From NCBI GenBank assembly GCA_018065125.1, contig JAGHTY010000093.1, forward strand, positions 167 through 64,166: 64,000 nucleotides of DNA, in the 5' to 3' direction. Every line of letters starts with the position of its first letter. Within the stretch, counting starts at the first letter, position 1. Below the pieces are notes generated by a model. That model saw nothing but the letters and a program-made list of their open reading frames with translations, did not search any database and had not been told where the DNA came from. The stretch is from Candidatus Minthousia equi. Its GTDB lineage: Bacteria; Bacteroidota; Bacteroidia; Bacteroidales; Bacteroidaceae. A program made the position numbers and the translations under genes. Positions 1-8,051 of the stretch are shown here, piece by piece.

Positions 1-186
1 GTGATGTGCGCAGGGGCCATAGGTTGGTCTCAAATGGGTAGGCTGGTATATGGTGCGTCGGATGAAAAAAGAGGATTCCAGCGCTTTGCTCCACAAGCGC
101 TACATCCAAAGACACAAGTTCTTTCTGGCGTATTGGCCGACGAGGCAGCCGACCTTATGAAAAGGTTCTTTCAGTTGAAGCGGTAG
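1..186 (+). CDS. tadA: tRNA-specific adenosine deaminase, C-terminal fragment (gene starts left of the window)
   Basis: The frame is open from base 1. The translation ..MCAGAIGWSQMGRLVYGASDEKRGF.. resembles the PCxMCAGA/..G..D.K.G region of TadA-type CMP/dCMP deaminases. Confidence 0.75.
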   Translation: MMCAGAIGWSQMGRLVYGASDEKRGFQRFAPQALHPKTQVLSGVLADEAADLMKRFFQLKR

Positions 187-195
187 TTTGTTGAA

Positions 196-226
196 AGTCA
201 ACAAGTCCACGAGTCAACAAGTCCAC
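196..226. repeat. perfect 15-nt direct repeat (agtcaacaagtccac x2, 16-nt period)
   Basis: The copies lie at 196-210 and 212-226, read directly from the sequence. Confidence 0.95.
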
Positions 227-353
227 AAGAATCCTTCGGGCGGCGATAGCCATAGCGATAGCAAAAACTTTGCAACTATGTGTCTTTTAAACTTTCAACT
301 CTAATCTCTCAACTCTCAACATCTCCTCCCTTAAAGGAGGTCGGGAGGGGCAT

Positions 354-386
354 CCTTTAACCCTTTAAACTTTTAAACTTTTAAAC
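354..386. repeat. 8-nt tandem array (cctttaac, ctttaaac, ttttaaac, ttttaaac)
   Basis: The units lie at 354-361, 363-370, 371-378 and 379-386. An isolated ttttaaac also lies at 285-292. Confidence 0.9.
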
Positions 387-388
387 CT

Positions 389-763
389 TTATTCTTTCAC
401 TTCCTCGAACTCTACATACTCTCCATCGTTGTCGTGATAGAGTTTCTTGTTGTTCTTAGGTTTTGAAGTGGTAGTCTTAGCGTTACTGCGGGTGTTGGTT
501 TGTTGCTGACCAAAAGGATTGGCACCTGCACCAAATGGATTCCCTCCTGCGCCGAAAGGATTGCCGCCACCGAATGGATTCTGCTGTCCTCTGAGTTTCA
601 TGAAAAGCATGAAAACCTTCTGCAGGAACCACATGCTTAATGTTGACTTGCCTCCAAAGGTGTTGATGATACCATCAATCAAACGAAGTGCCAGCATCAC
701 CACCATGATGGGGATGCCCACAATAATCATTATAATACAGCCTAGAGGCGAAACCTTCATCAT
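389..763 (-). CDS. DUF4834-like small membrane protein with NPFG repeats
   Basis: 124 aa. It has an N-terminal hydrophobic helix (IIMIIVGIPIMVVMLAL), then QQNPFGGGNPFGAGGNPFGAGANPFGQQQ, then a charged tail. It sits directly downstream of pssA, as is usual in Bacteroidota. Confidence 0.7.
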   Translation of the reverse strand: MMKVSPLGCIIMIIVGIPIMVVMLALRLIDGIINTFGGKSTLSMWFLQKVFMLFMKLRGQQNPFGGGNPFGAGGNPFGAGANPFGQQQTNTRSNAKTTTSKPKNNKKLYHDNDGEYVEFEEVKE

Positions 764-769
764 ACAGAT

Positions 770-1483
770 TTATGCTTTTAGTGAAAGAATAGACGAAAGG
801 ATAAGGTACCACAGGATAACGGCAGCAATACCGCTAATGCCTAGGAATACCAGCAATACGATAGAGGTAAGTACGAAGATGTACTTAATCTTGTTGTCGG
901 CCCATGACAAGTTCTTGAACTTGAGTGCAAACATTGGCAGGTCGCTTACCAGGAAGTAAGAGAATACCAATGTGCCTGCTAACAGGATCAATGCCCAGTA
1001 TGGTTCGTCCTCGCGCATGAAAACGCGCTGGTATGCCACAACCAGTGAAGCCCAGAACAATGCGTTGGCAGGGGTAGGAAGACCGATGAACGATGTTGCC
1101 TGTCGGGTATCAAGGTTGAACTTTGCCAAACGGATAGCCGAGAAGGCAGCCATGATCAATGCAATATATGGCAGATAGGCTTTTACGCCCATCAGGCATT
1201 CTGGATAGGCACAAAGCTTGCACATGGTAAGAACCATGCAGGCAGGTGCAACGCCGAAGGTTACATTGTCGGCAAGTGAATCCAGTTCCTTGCCAATGGC
1301 AGAAGAAACGTGCAACAGACGAGCAGACATGCCGTCGAAAAAGTCGAATACTGCACCAATGATGATGAACAACAGCGCAGCAGAGAAACGTCCGTAAAGG
1401 GCGTAGCTGGTAGCGATACATCCAGAGATAAGGTTGCAGGATGTAATAGCGTTAGGAATATTCCTGATGATAAGATTAGCCAT
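770..1483 (-). CDS. pssA: CDP-diacylglycerol--serine O-phosphatidyltransferase (phosphatidylserine synthase)
   Basis: The CDP-alcohol phosphatidyltransferase signature DG(x2)AR(x8)G(x3)D(x3)D is visible as DGMSARLLHVSSAIGKELDSLAD. The protein is polytopic and hydrophobic and is adjacent to psd. Confidence 0.87.
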   Translation of the reverse strand: MANLIIRNIPNAITSCNLISGCIATSYALYGRFSAALLFIIIGAVFDFFDGMSARLLHVSSAIGKELDSLADNVTFGVAPACMVLTMCKLCAYPECLMGVKAYLPYIALIMAAFSAIRLAKFNLDTRQATSFIGLPTPANALFWASLVVAYQRVFMREDEPYWALILLAGTLVFSYFLVSDLPMFALKFKNLSWADNKIKYIFVLTSIVLLVFLGISGIAAVILWYLILSSILSLKA

Positions 1484-1489
1484 AATAAA

Positions 1490-2176
1490 TTAGAGTTTTG
1501 CCAAGATGGTTTCGTTGCCAACAGCTTTTTGACCTACCTGAACCAGAATCTTAGTACCCAGTGGCAGATAAACATCGACACGAGAACCAAGCTTGATGAA
1601 GCCCATGTGCTCATCGATGAAACACTCTTCACCTTCCTTGGCGTAGGTTACGATACGTCGTGCCATAGCACCTGCTACTTGGCGTGCCATCACTTCAATA
1701 CCCTCTGGGGTGCGGATAACAACCATAGAACGCTCGTTCTCGGTGCTGGCTTTAGGAAGCCATGCTGCCTTGAAACGTCCGTTCTGGTGGGCAACCTTGG
1801 TTACAATACCATCGCATGGGAACCAATTGGCGTGAACGTTGGTGAGACTCATGAAGATAGAAACCATCATTCGGCGATCATGGAAATACTCATGCTCTTC
1901 AACCTCTTCTACAACTACCACCTTGCCATCAGCAGGTGCTACGATAACACCAATAGTATCCTCTTGTGGGAACAGACGGATGGGGCATCGGAAGAAATTA
2001 ACAAGGATGAGGTAAACTATAACACAGAGTCCTAGTGTTATATAGAATGGAACTTTGTTCTCGAAAAGAAAAAACATGATAGCGCACAGTATAGCAAAAC
2101 CTACAAAAGAGTAGACGAGGGTATTGGTACCTTCGCTGTGCAGTCTTATTTTCTTTAATCTTTTAAGTCGGTTCAT
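1490..2176 (-). CDS. psd: phosphatidylserine decarboxylase proenzyme
   Basis: The Psd-like sequence carries an LGSR self-cleavage-type motif ([11 protein letters not shown]). I moved the start to the ATG at 2176, because the TTG at 2200 lies inside a predicted -7 promoter box. Confidence 0.9.
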   Translation of the reverse strand: MNRLKRLKKIRLHSEGTNTLVYSFVGFAILCAIMFFLFENKVPFYITLGLCVIVYLILVNFFRCPIRLFPQEDTIGVIVAPADGKVVVVEEVEEHEYFHDRRMMVSIFMSLTNVHANWFPCDGIVTKVAHQNGRFKAAWLPKASTENERSMVVIRTPEGIEVMARQVAGAMARRIVTYAKEGEECFIDEHMGFIKLGSRVDVYLPLGTKILVQVGQKAVGNETILAKL

Positions 2177-2197
2177 TCTTAATTTGTAAATTTCGTG

Positions 2198-2205
2198 CAA
2201 AGATA
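2198..2205 (-). promoter_or_regulatory. Bacteroides-type -7 box (TAtcTTTG) for psd-pssA
   Basis: The plus strand reads caaagata, 22 nt upstream of the psd ATG. It matches the sigma-ABfr TAnnTTTG consensus. Confidence 0.5.
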
Positions 2206-2268
2206 ACTTTTATTTAATAAATAAACAAACTTTCCGCTGTTCTTTTTGCTGATTTGACCGAAGTGATG

Positions 2269-2276
2269 TATCTTTG
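2269..2276 (+). promoter_or_regulatory. -7 box (TAtcTTTG) for dnaE
   Basis: tatctttg lies 19 nt upstream of the dnaE ATG. Confidence 0.5.
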
Positions 2277-2294
2277 TGGAAAATATAAAAACCA

Positions 2295-5200
2295 ATGGAA
2301 GATTTCATTCACTTACACGTACATACGCAGTTTTCGTTGCTTGACGGACAGGCTTCTATCTCAAAACTGGTGGATAAAGCCGTGGCAGATGGCATGCGAG
2401 GAATGGCCATTACCGACCATGGAAACATGTTTGGTGTGAAGGAACTTTTTGATTATTGTGGCAAGGTTAACAAAGGCCGAAAGAAAGAGGGGCTTCCTCC
2501 GTTTATTCCTATTTTTGGCTGTGAGATGTACTGTGCCAGAAGAGGAGATATGCGCCTGAAAGAAGGTCGTATGGACCAGAGCGGATGGCACCTCATTGTG
2601 TTGGCTAAGAACGAGGTAGGTTATCGTAACCTTATCAAGTTGGTGAGCCACTCTTGGGTAGATGGTTATTACATGCGTCCGCGTACAGACCACACAGAAC
2701 TGGAGAAATATCACGAAGGCCTGATTATCTGCTCGGCTTGTATCGGAGGTGAAGTGCCCAAGAAGATTCTGGCAGGTGACATAAAGGGTGCCGAGGAGAC
2801 GATACAGTGGTTTAAGAACATCTGGGGTGACGACTATTACCTGGAACTTCAACGCCATCCGGTAACCAATCCAAATCAGCGTGCCAACCGTGAGACCTTT
2901 GAACTGCAGGAGCAGTGCAATCCTATATTGGTAGACCTGGCTCGTAAGTACGATGTAAAGTTGATCTGTTCTAACGACGTTCATTTTGTGGATGAAGACA
3001 ATGCCGAGGCACACGACCACTTGCTGTGCCTTTCTACCGGCAAGGATCTGGATGACCCTACCCGAATGCTCTATACCAAGCAGGAGTGGTTCAAGACACG
3101 CGAGGAGATGAACAATCTGTTTGCAGATTATCCTGAAGCGTTGGCCAACACTTGTGAAATTTTGGATAAGGTTACAACCTATAATATTGAAAGTGATCCT
3201 ATCATGCCATTCTTCCCAATTCCAGAAGAATTTGGAAGTGAGGAACAATGGCGCCGTGAGTTCTCTGAGGATGACCTCTTCAAGGAGTTCACCAGTGATG
3301 AGAACGGACAGAACCAGTTGCCCGAGGAAGATGCCCACAAGAAAATAGGTAAGTTGGGCGGTTACGACAAACTTTACCGCATTAAGTTTGAGGCCGACTT
3401 TCTGGGAAAACTTGCCTATGAGGGTGCAAGTCGCTTGTATGGTACTGGTTATCAGGAAATAGGTTATGAGCGCGCTCTGCAACCCAATGACTTGTCGGAA
3501 TGGGCTACTGCCCATGGTATTAGCAAGGAAGTGGATGACCGCATCCGCTTTGAGTTGCATATCATGAAAACTATGGGTTTTCCTGGTTACTTCCTTATTG
3601 TGCAGGACTTTATTAACTCTGCCCGCAGCGAATTGGGCGTGTGGGTTGGTCCAGGACGTGGTAGTGCAGCAGGAAGTGTTGTTGCCTACTGCTTGGGAAT
3701 CACCAAGCTGGATCCTTTGAAATACGATTTGCTGTTTGAACGTTTCCTTAATCCGGACCGTATATCACTACCTGATATTGATACTGACTTTGATGATGAC
3801 GGACGTGGAAAGGTGCTGAACTGGGTTATGGATAAGTATGGTCATGAGAATTGTGCCCACATCATTACCTATGGTACCATGGCAGCCAAGAACTCTATCA
3901 AGGACGTTGGTCGTGTAGAGAAGGTACCATTGAGTGTGGTAAATGCCTGGTGTAAGGCTATGCCCGACCGTTTGCCAGATGGAATGAAACCAAAATTGGC
4001 AAACTATCTGAAGTGTACACCAGAACTGCAGAAAGCCGAAGCTTCACCTGATATTCACGAAGCCAATACCATCAAGTATGCCAAGATGTTGGAAGGAACC
4101 GTTCGCGGTACTGGTATACATGCTTGTGGTTTCATTATCTGTCGTGACCCAATTAGTGACCACGTGCCTGTGTCTACGGCTGATGACCCAGATTTCCCAA
4201 ATGTGAAGACGGCTGTGACTCAGTACGATGGACATGTCATTGAATCTACAGGTTTGATTAAGATGGACTTCTTAGGTCTCAAGACCCTTTCGGAGATGAA
4301 GGAAGCCTGCCGTGTAATCAAAGAAGCTCATGGAGTAGATATCGACCTAGATACATTGCCTATTGACGATGAACTTACCTACCAGCTTTATCAGAATGGA
4401 AGAACTATCGGAACCTTCCAGTTTGAGTCTGCAGGTATGCAGAAATATCTAAAGGAATTGCATCCTACTGTCTTTGAAGACCTGATAGCCATGAATGCTC
4501 TTTATCGCCCAGGTCCAATGGATTACATTCCTTCGTTCATTGCCCGTAAGAACGGTCGAGAAGACATCAAGTATGATATTCCAATCATGGAGAAGTACCT
4601 GAAGGATACCTATGGTATTACCGTTTATCAGGAGCAGGTGATGTTGTTGAGTCGCTTGCTGGCAGACTTTACCCGAGGTGAGAGTGACGCTTTGCGTAAG
4701 GCCATGGGTAAGAAGAAAAAAGATATAGTAGATGCGATGAAGCCAAAATTCATCGAAGGTGGCAAAAAGAACGGGCATGATCCAAAGGTGCTGGAGAAGA
4801 TTTGGGGCGACTGGGAGAAGTTTGCATCCTATGCATTCAACAAGTCGCATGCGGCTTGCTATTCCTGGGTGGCCTACCAGACAGCTTATCTAAAAGCACA
4901 TTATCCTGCCGAGTTCATGGCAGCTTTGCTTACTCGTCGTAATAGTGATATAAAAGAAGTAACAAAATTGCTCGATGAGTGCCATGCCCTGAAGATAGAG
5001 GTGCTGGGTCCTGATGTAAATGAATCGCATGCTGTGTTCGGTGTGAACGACAAGAGTCAGATTCGTTTCGGCCTGAAGGCTATCAAGGGCTTTGGTGAAT
5101 CGGCTGCAGATGCCGTGGTAGAGGAACGCGAGAAGAACGGTCCGTTCAAGAGTATCTTTGATTTCGTGGAACGTGTACCAATGTCGGCAGTGAAACGCAG

Positions 5201-6074
5201 TGGCATGGAGTGTTTGGCACTAAGTGGTGCGTTTGATACATTCTCTTCAGAGATTACCCGTGAGCAGTTCATGGCACCAGTAGGTAAAGATGAAATCTTC
5301 TTGGATCAGCTGGTACGCTATGGTAACCGTTACCAGCAAGATAAGGCACAGAATACCATGTCGCTATTCGGTGACATGGGAGACATAGAGATTGCTCACC
5401 CAAAACCAATAGCCTGTGCGGCATGGGGGGATTTGGAGCGTCTGAACCGAGAGAAAGCCCTGGTAGGTATCTATCTTTCTGCACATCCCTTAGATGACTT
5501 TAAAGTTATTCTGGAGAATGTTTGCAATACCCGCATGGAGGAACTGGAAAACAAGGAGTTGCTTGCTACGCGCGACATCAGCATGGGTGGCATTGTCATC
5601 GATGTGCGCGAGGGTAGAACTAAGAAGGGAAAACCAATGGGCGTTGTAAAGATTGAAGATTATAGTGGTGTGGGAGAACTTGCATTCTTTGGTGAGGATT
5701 GGGAGAATGTACGTAATAAGATGTTGGTGAACAATTCTTTGTTTATTACAGCAAAATGTGAGCAGCGCCCTTATCAAGAATCAGTTTACGATCTAAAGGT
5801 TACAAAGGTAGAACATCTTGTTGATGTGAAGGATACTGCAATTGAAAAACTTACTATCACGGCAGATCTTGACGCTTTGGATGAAGAACTGATTAATGAG
5901 TTGTCGTCGTTGATAAAGAGTAATCCAGGAAATGCGGATTTGTGCTTTATGGTAAATGATTTGTCAAAAAAGATGAATGTACAATTGGTATCGAAAAAAG
6001 TGAAGGTGAATGTTCACAAGGATCTTATTTCGTACATCAATAACCACCCGTCTCTGAGCTTTGCTATAAATTAA
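2295..6074 (+). CDS. dnaE: DNA polymerase III alpha subunit
   Basis: 1259 aa. It has an N-terminal PHP domain (HLHVHTQFSLLDG), the polymerase core (GFPGYFLIVQDF, LPDIDTDF) and a C-terminal OB-fold region. It appears intact. Confidence 0.97.
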   Translation: MEDFIHLHVHTQFSLLDGQASISKLVDKAVADGMRGMAITDHGNMFGVKELFDYCGKVNKGRKKEGLPPFIPIFGCEMYCARRGDMRLKEGRMDQSGWHLIVLAKNEVGYRNLIKLVSHSWVDGYYMRPRTDHTELEKYHEGLIICSACIGGEVPKKILAGDIKGAEETIQWFKNIWGDDYYLELQRHPVTNPNQRANRETFELQEQCNPILVDLARKYDVKLICSNDVHFVDEDNAEAHDHLLCLSTGKDLDDPTRMLYTKQEWFKTREEMNNLFADYPEALANTCEILDKVTTYNIESDPIMPFFPIPEEFGSEEQWRREFSEDDLFKEFTSDENGQNQLPEEDAHKKIGKLGGYDKLYRIKFEADFLGKLAYEGASRLYGTGYQEIGYERALQPNDLSEWATAHGISKEVDDRIRFELHIMKTMGFPGYFLIVQDFINSARSELGVWVGPGRGSAAGSVVAYCLGITKLDPLKYDLLFERFLNPDRISLPDIDTDFDDDGRGKVLNWVMDKYGHENCAHIITYGTMAAKNSIKDVGRVEKVPLSVVNAWCKAMPDRLPDGMKPKLANYLKCTPELQKAEASPDIHEANTIKYAKMLEGTVRGTGIHACGFIICRDPISDHVPVSTADDPDFPNVKTAVTQYDGHVIESTGLIKMDFLGLKTLSEMKEACRVIKEAHGVDIDLDTLPIDDELTYQLYQNGRTIGTFQFESAGMQKYLKELHPTVFEDLIAMNALYRPGPMDYIPSFIARKNGREDIKYDIPIMEKYLKDTYGITVYQEQVMLLSRLLADFTRGESDALRKAMGKKKKDIVDAMKPKFIEGGKKNGHDPKVLEKIWGDWEKFASYAFNKSHAACYSWVAYQTAYLKAHYPAEFMAALLTRRNSDIKEVTKLLDECHALKIEVLGPDVNESHAVFGVNDKSQIRFGLKAIKGFGESAADAVVEEREKNGPFKSIFDFVERVPMSAVKRSGMECLALSGAFDTFSSEITREQFMAPVGKDEIFLDQLVRYGNRYQQDKAQNTMSLFGDMGDIEIAHPKPIACAAWGDLERLNREKALVGIYLSAHPLDDFKVILENVCNTRMEELENKELLATRDISMGGIVIDVREGRTKKGKPMGVVKIEDYSGVGELAFFGEDWENVRNKMLVNNSLFITAKCEQRPYQESVYDLKVTKVEHLVDVKDTAIEKLTITADLDALDEELINELSSLIKSNPGNADLCFMVNDLSKKMNVQLVSKKVKVNVHKDLISYINNHPSLSFAIN

Positions 6075-6134
6075 TCTTCAAAATAAATAAGGTTAAAAAG
6101 ACAAACATTGTTTTTCAATTGACGTGTATTATAC

Positions 6135-6142
6135 TATCTTTG
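6135..6142 (+). promoter_or_regulatory. -7 box (TAtcTTTG) for trxA
   Basis: tatctttg lies 32 nt upstream of the trxA ATG. Confidence 0.5.
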
Positions 6143-6173
6143 CATAGACAATATTTTAAAAACGAAATAAATT

Positions 6174-6488
6174 ATGGCATTACAGATTACAGATCAGAAC
6201 TTTGAGGAGTTGGCAGCACAAGGAAAGCCAATGGTTGTTGACTTCTGGGCTACCTGGTGTGGTCCTTGCAAGAAGATTGCTCCATATATCGAAGAATTGG
6301 CAAGCAACTATGAAGGTCAGGCTATCGTAGGTAAGGTTGACATCGAGGAGAATGATGACCTGGTAGAAAAGTTTGGCATTCGTAACATACCTACCGTTAT
6401 TTACATTAAGAACGGTGAGGTTGTTGACAAGAATGTAGGTGCAGCTGCTAAGGCTGTCTATGAAGATAAACTGAAGGCAATTCTTTAA
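6174..6488 (+). CDS. trxA: thioredoxin
   Basis: 104 aa with a WCGPC active site and a typical thioredoxin fold sequence. Confidence 0.95.
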   Translation: MALQITDQNFEELAAQGKPMVVDFWATWCGPCKKIAPYIEELASNYEGQAIVGKVDIEENDDLVEKFGIRNIPTVIYIKNGEVVDKNVGAAAKAVYEDKLKAIL

Positions 6489-6490
6489 TT

Positions 6491-6814
6491 ATGGGTCAGT
6501 CAATGGAGGATATTTTCCTGAAAGAAGCAGAAGATGACTTGAGAACCATCGAGTACATCCGCAATTATTTGCCTGCAGATTTGAAGGAGAGGTTTAGCGA
6601 TGAAACCATTCAGTATTTTCTGGATATTATCTGGGAATACTATGCTGATACATTTGGTGACAGTAATGATGAGGTAGAGATTGATACCGAAGCAGTTGCC
6701 CAGCATGTGGTGAAAGTTGCCAAAAAGGAAAAACAAGGTGAGTTCAGTGCCGAGGAGGTATTATTCGTGGTATTGGGCGAACTGGAGTATGCAGAGAGTT
6801 TAGAAGAAGAGTGA
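6491..6814 (+). CDS. hypothetical acidic protein (107 aa), tail-coupled to trxA
   Basis: The ATG lies 2 nt after the trxA stop. The composition is strongly acidic (many D/E) and protein-like. I recognise no motif. Confidence 0.6.
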   Translation: MGQSMEDIFLKEAEDDLRTIEYIRNYLPADLKERFSDETIQYFLDIIWEYYADTFGDSNDEVEIDTEAVAQHVVKVAKKEKQGEFSAEEVLFVVLGELEYAESLEEE

Positions 6815-6824
6815 TGTCAACACA

Positions 6825-7877
6825 TCACCCTTCTCTATAGAAATCAAGCATTTCGAATATTTCATCCTTAGAGGCTGTCTGGTTGATGCGAATGTCGCCC
6901 ACCTCGCCTAACAAGGTGAAGTTGATGATTCCCGATGAGTTCTTCTTGTCGTGAGTCATCAGTTCATACAAGGTTTCATACTTTTTGCAATCAAAATCGA
7001 ACACGCCATAGTTCTCACGGATGAATTGAACTGTCTGGCGTAGTTTCTGCGATGGGAATCCGGTTTTAACCGAAGAAAGATACAACTCACAAACACATCC
7101 CCAGGCTACGGCATAGCCATGTAACACGGCACGATTTTCGGCCAATGCCAGACTTTCGAAAGCATGTCCTACAGTATGGCCCACGTTCAATGCCTTGCGG
7201 ATGCCATGTTCGTAAGGATCTTCCTCAACGATGTGTTCCTTGATGCCCACGCTGTGAGCTACCAGTTCCTGCAATTTGGCATAGTCCACGTTGTTCAAGT
7301 CGAAGTTCAAAAGGTCGGCCCAGTGTTCTGTGGTGCTGATAAGACCATGTTTCAGCATCTCGGCATAACCACTGCGGATGTTGGCGTCGTCAAGAGTGCG
7401 AAGGAAATTGGTATCCAGCAATACACAAGAAGCAGGGTTAAATACGCCCACTTCGTTCTTCAGACCGTTAAAGTTGATTCCGGTCTTGCCACCAACAGCT
7501 GCGTCCACCATGGAAAGAAGGGTAGTGGGAATGTTGATATACTGAATGCCTCGCTTGAAGGTTGAAGCTGCAAATCCTCCAAGGTCGGTAACCATACCGC
7601 CACCCAGGTTTATCATCAGAGATTTGCGACTGCCCCCACAGCTGCTGAGTACGGTCCAAACATGAGCCAAGGACTCAAGGGTTTTGTTTGTGTCGGTGCT
7701 ACCAATACAGATGAGGGTTGCTTCTTTCATATAGTCGAAAGAGGAAATCAGAGGCCAGCACAGATTTTGGGTACACTCGTCTACAAGGACGAACATACGG
7801 TCGTGAGGACAGTTATCTATAGCCTGTTTAAGATTCTCTTTCAGGTTCTCTGTTACGATGACTTGTTGCTTTTTCAT
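6825..7877 (-). CDS. aroB: 3-dehydroquinate synthase
   Basis: 350 aa. It has a Gly-rich NAD site (NLGGGMVTDLGGFAASTFKRG) and metal-binding His residues (GHTVGHAFE, LHGYAVAWG) typical of AroB. Confidence 0.93.
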   Translation of the reverse strand: MKKQQVIVTENLKENLKQAIDNCPHDRMFVLVDECTQNLCWPLISSFDYMKEATLICIGSTDTNKTLESLAHVWTVLSSCGGSRKSLMINLGGGMVTDLGGFAASTFKRGIQYINIPTTLLSMVDAAVGGKTGINFNGLKNEVGVFNPASCVLLDTNFLRTLDDANIRSGYAEMLKHGLISTTEHWADLLNFDLNNVDYAKLQELVAHSVGIKEHIVEEDPYEHGIRKALNVGHTVGHAFESLALAENRAVLHGYAVAWGCVCELYLSSVKTGFPSQKLRQTVQFIRENYGVFDFDCKKYETLYELMTHDKKNSSGIINFTLLGEVGDIRINQTASKDEIFEMLDFYREG

Positions 7878-7902
7878 GACTCGAGTTGTATTTTACAGGG
7901 TG

Positions 7903-7910
7903 CAAAGATA
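7903..7910 (-). promoter_or_regulatory. -7 box (TAtcTTTG) for aroB
   Basis: The plus strand reads caaagata, 26 nt upstream of the aroB ATG. Confidence 0.5.
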
Positions 7911-8051
7911 GCGCAAAATGCGAGTGAATATCCGAGTTCTTCCTTAAAATATCCTAATTGGTCGAAACTACTAAAATGAGGATTAAACCATTTGTGTGTT
8001 TTTCTATCCTAATCTTGGTTCGAAAATAATAAAAACAAACATAAATAATAA

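Noticed and set aside
1310-2035. 241-aa plus-strand ORF spanning the pssA/psd boundary
   Set aside because: It is antisense to two well-supported genes and crosses their intergenic gap. The translation carries no motifs.
2361-3560. 399-aa ORF on the minus strand inside dnaE
   Set aside because: It is entirely antisense to a clearly intact, motif-rich dnaE. The translation is Leu/Val/Thr/Cys-rich with no motifs, which is typical of a stop-free shadow frame.
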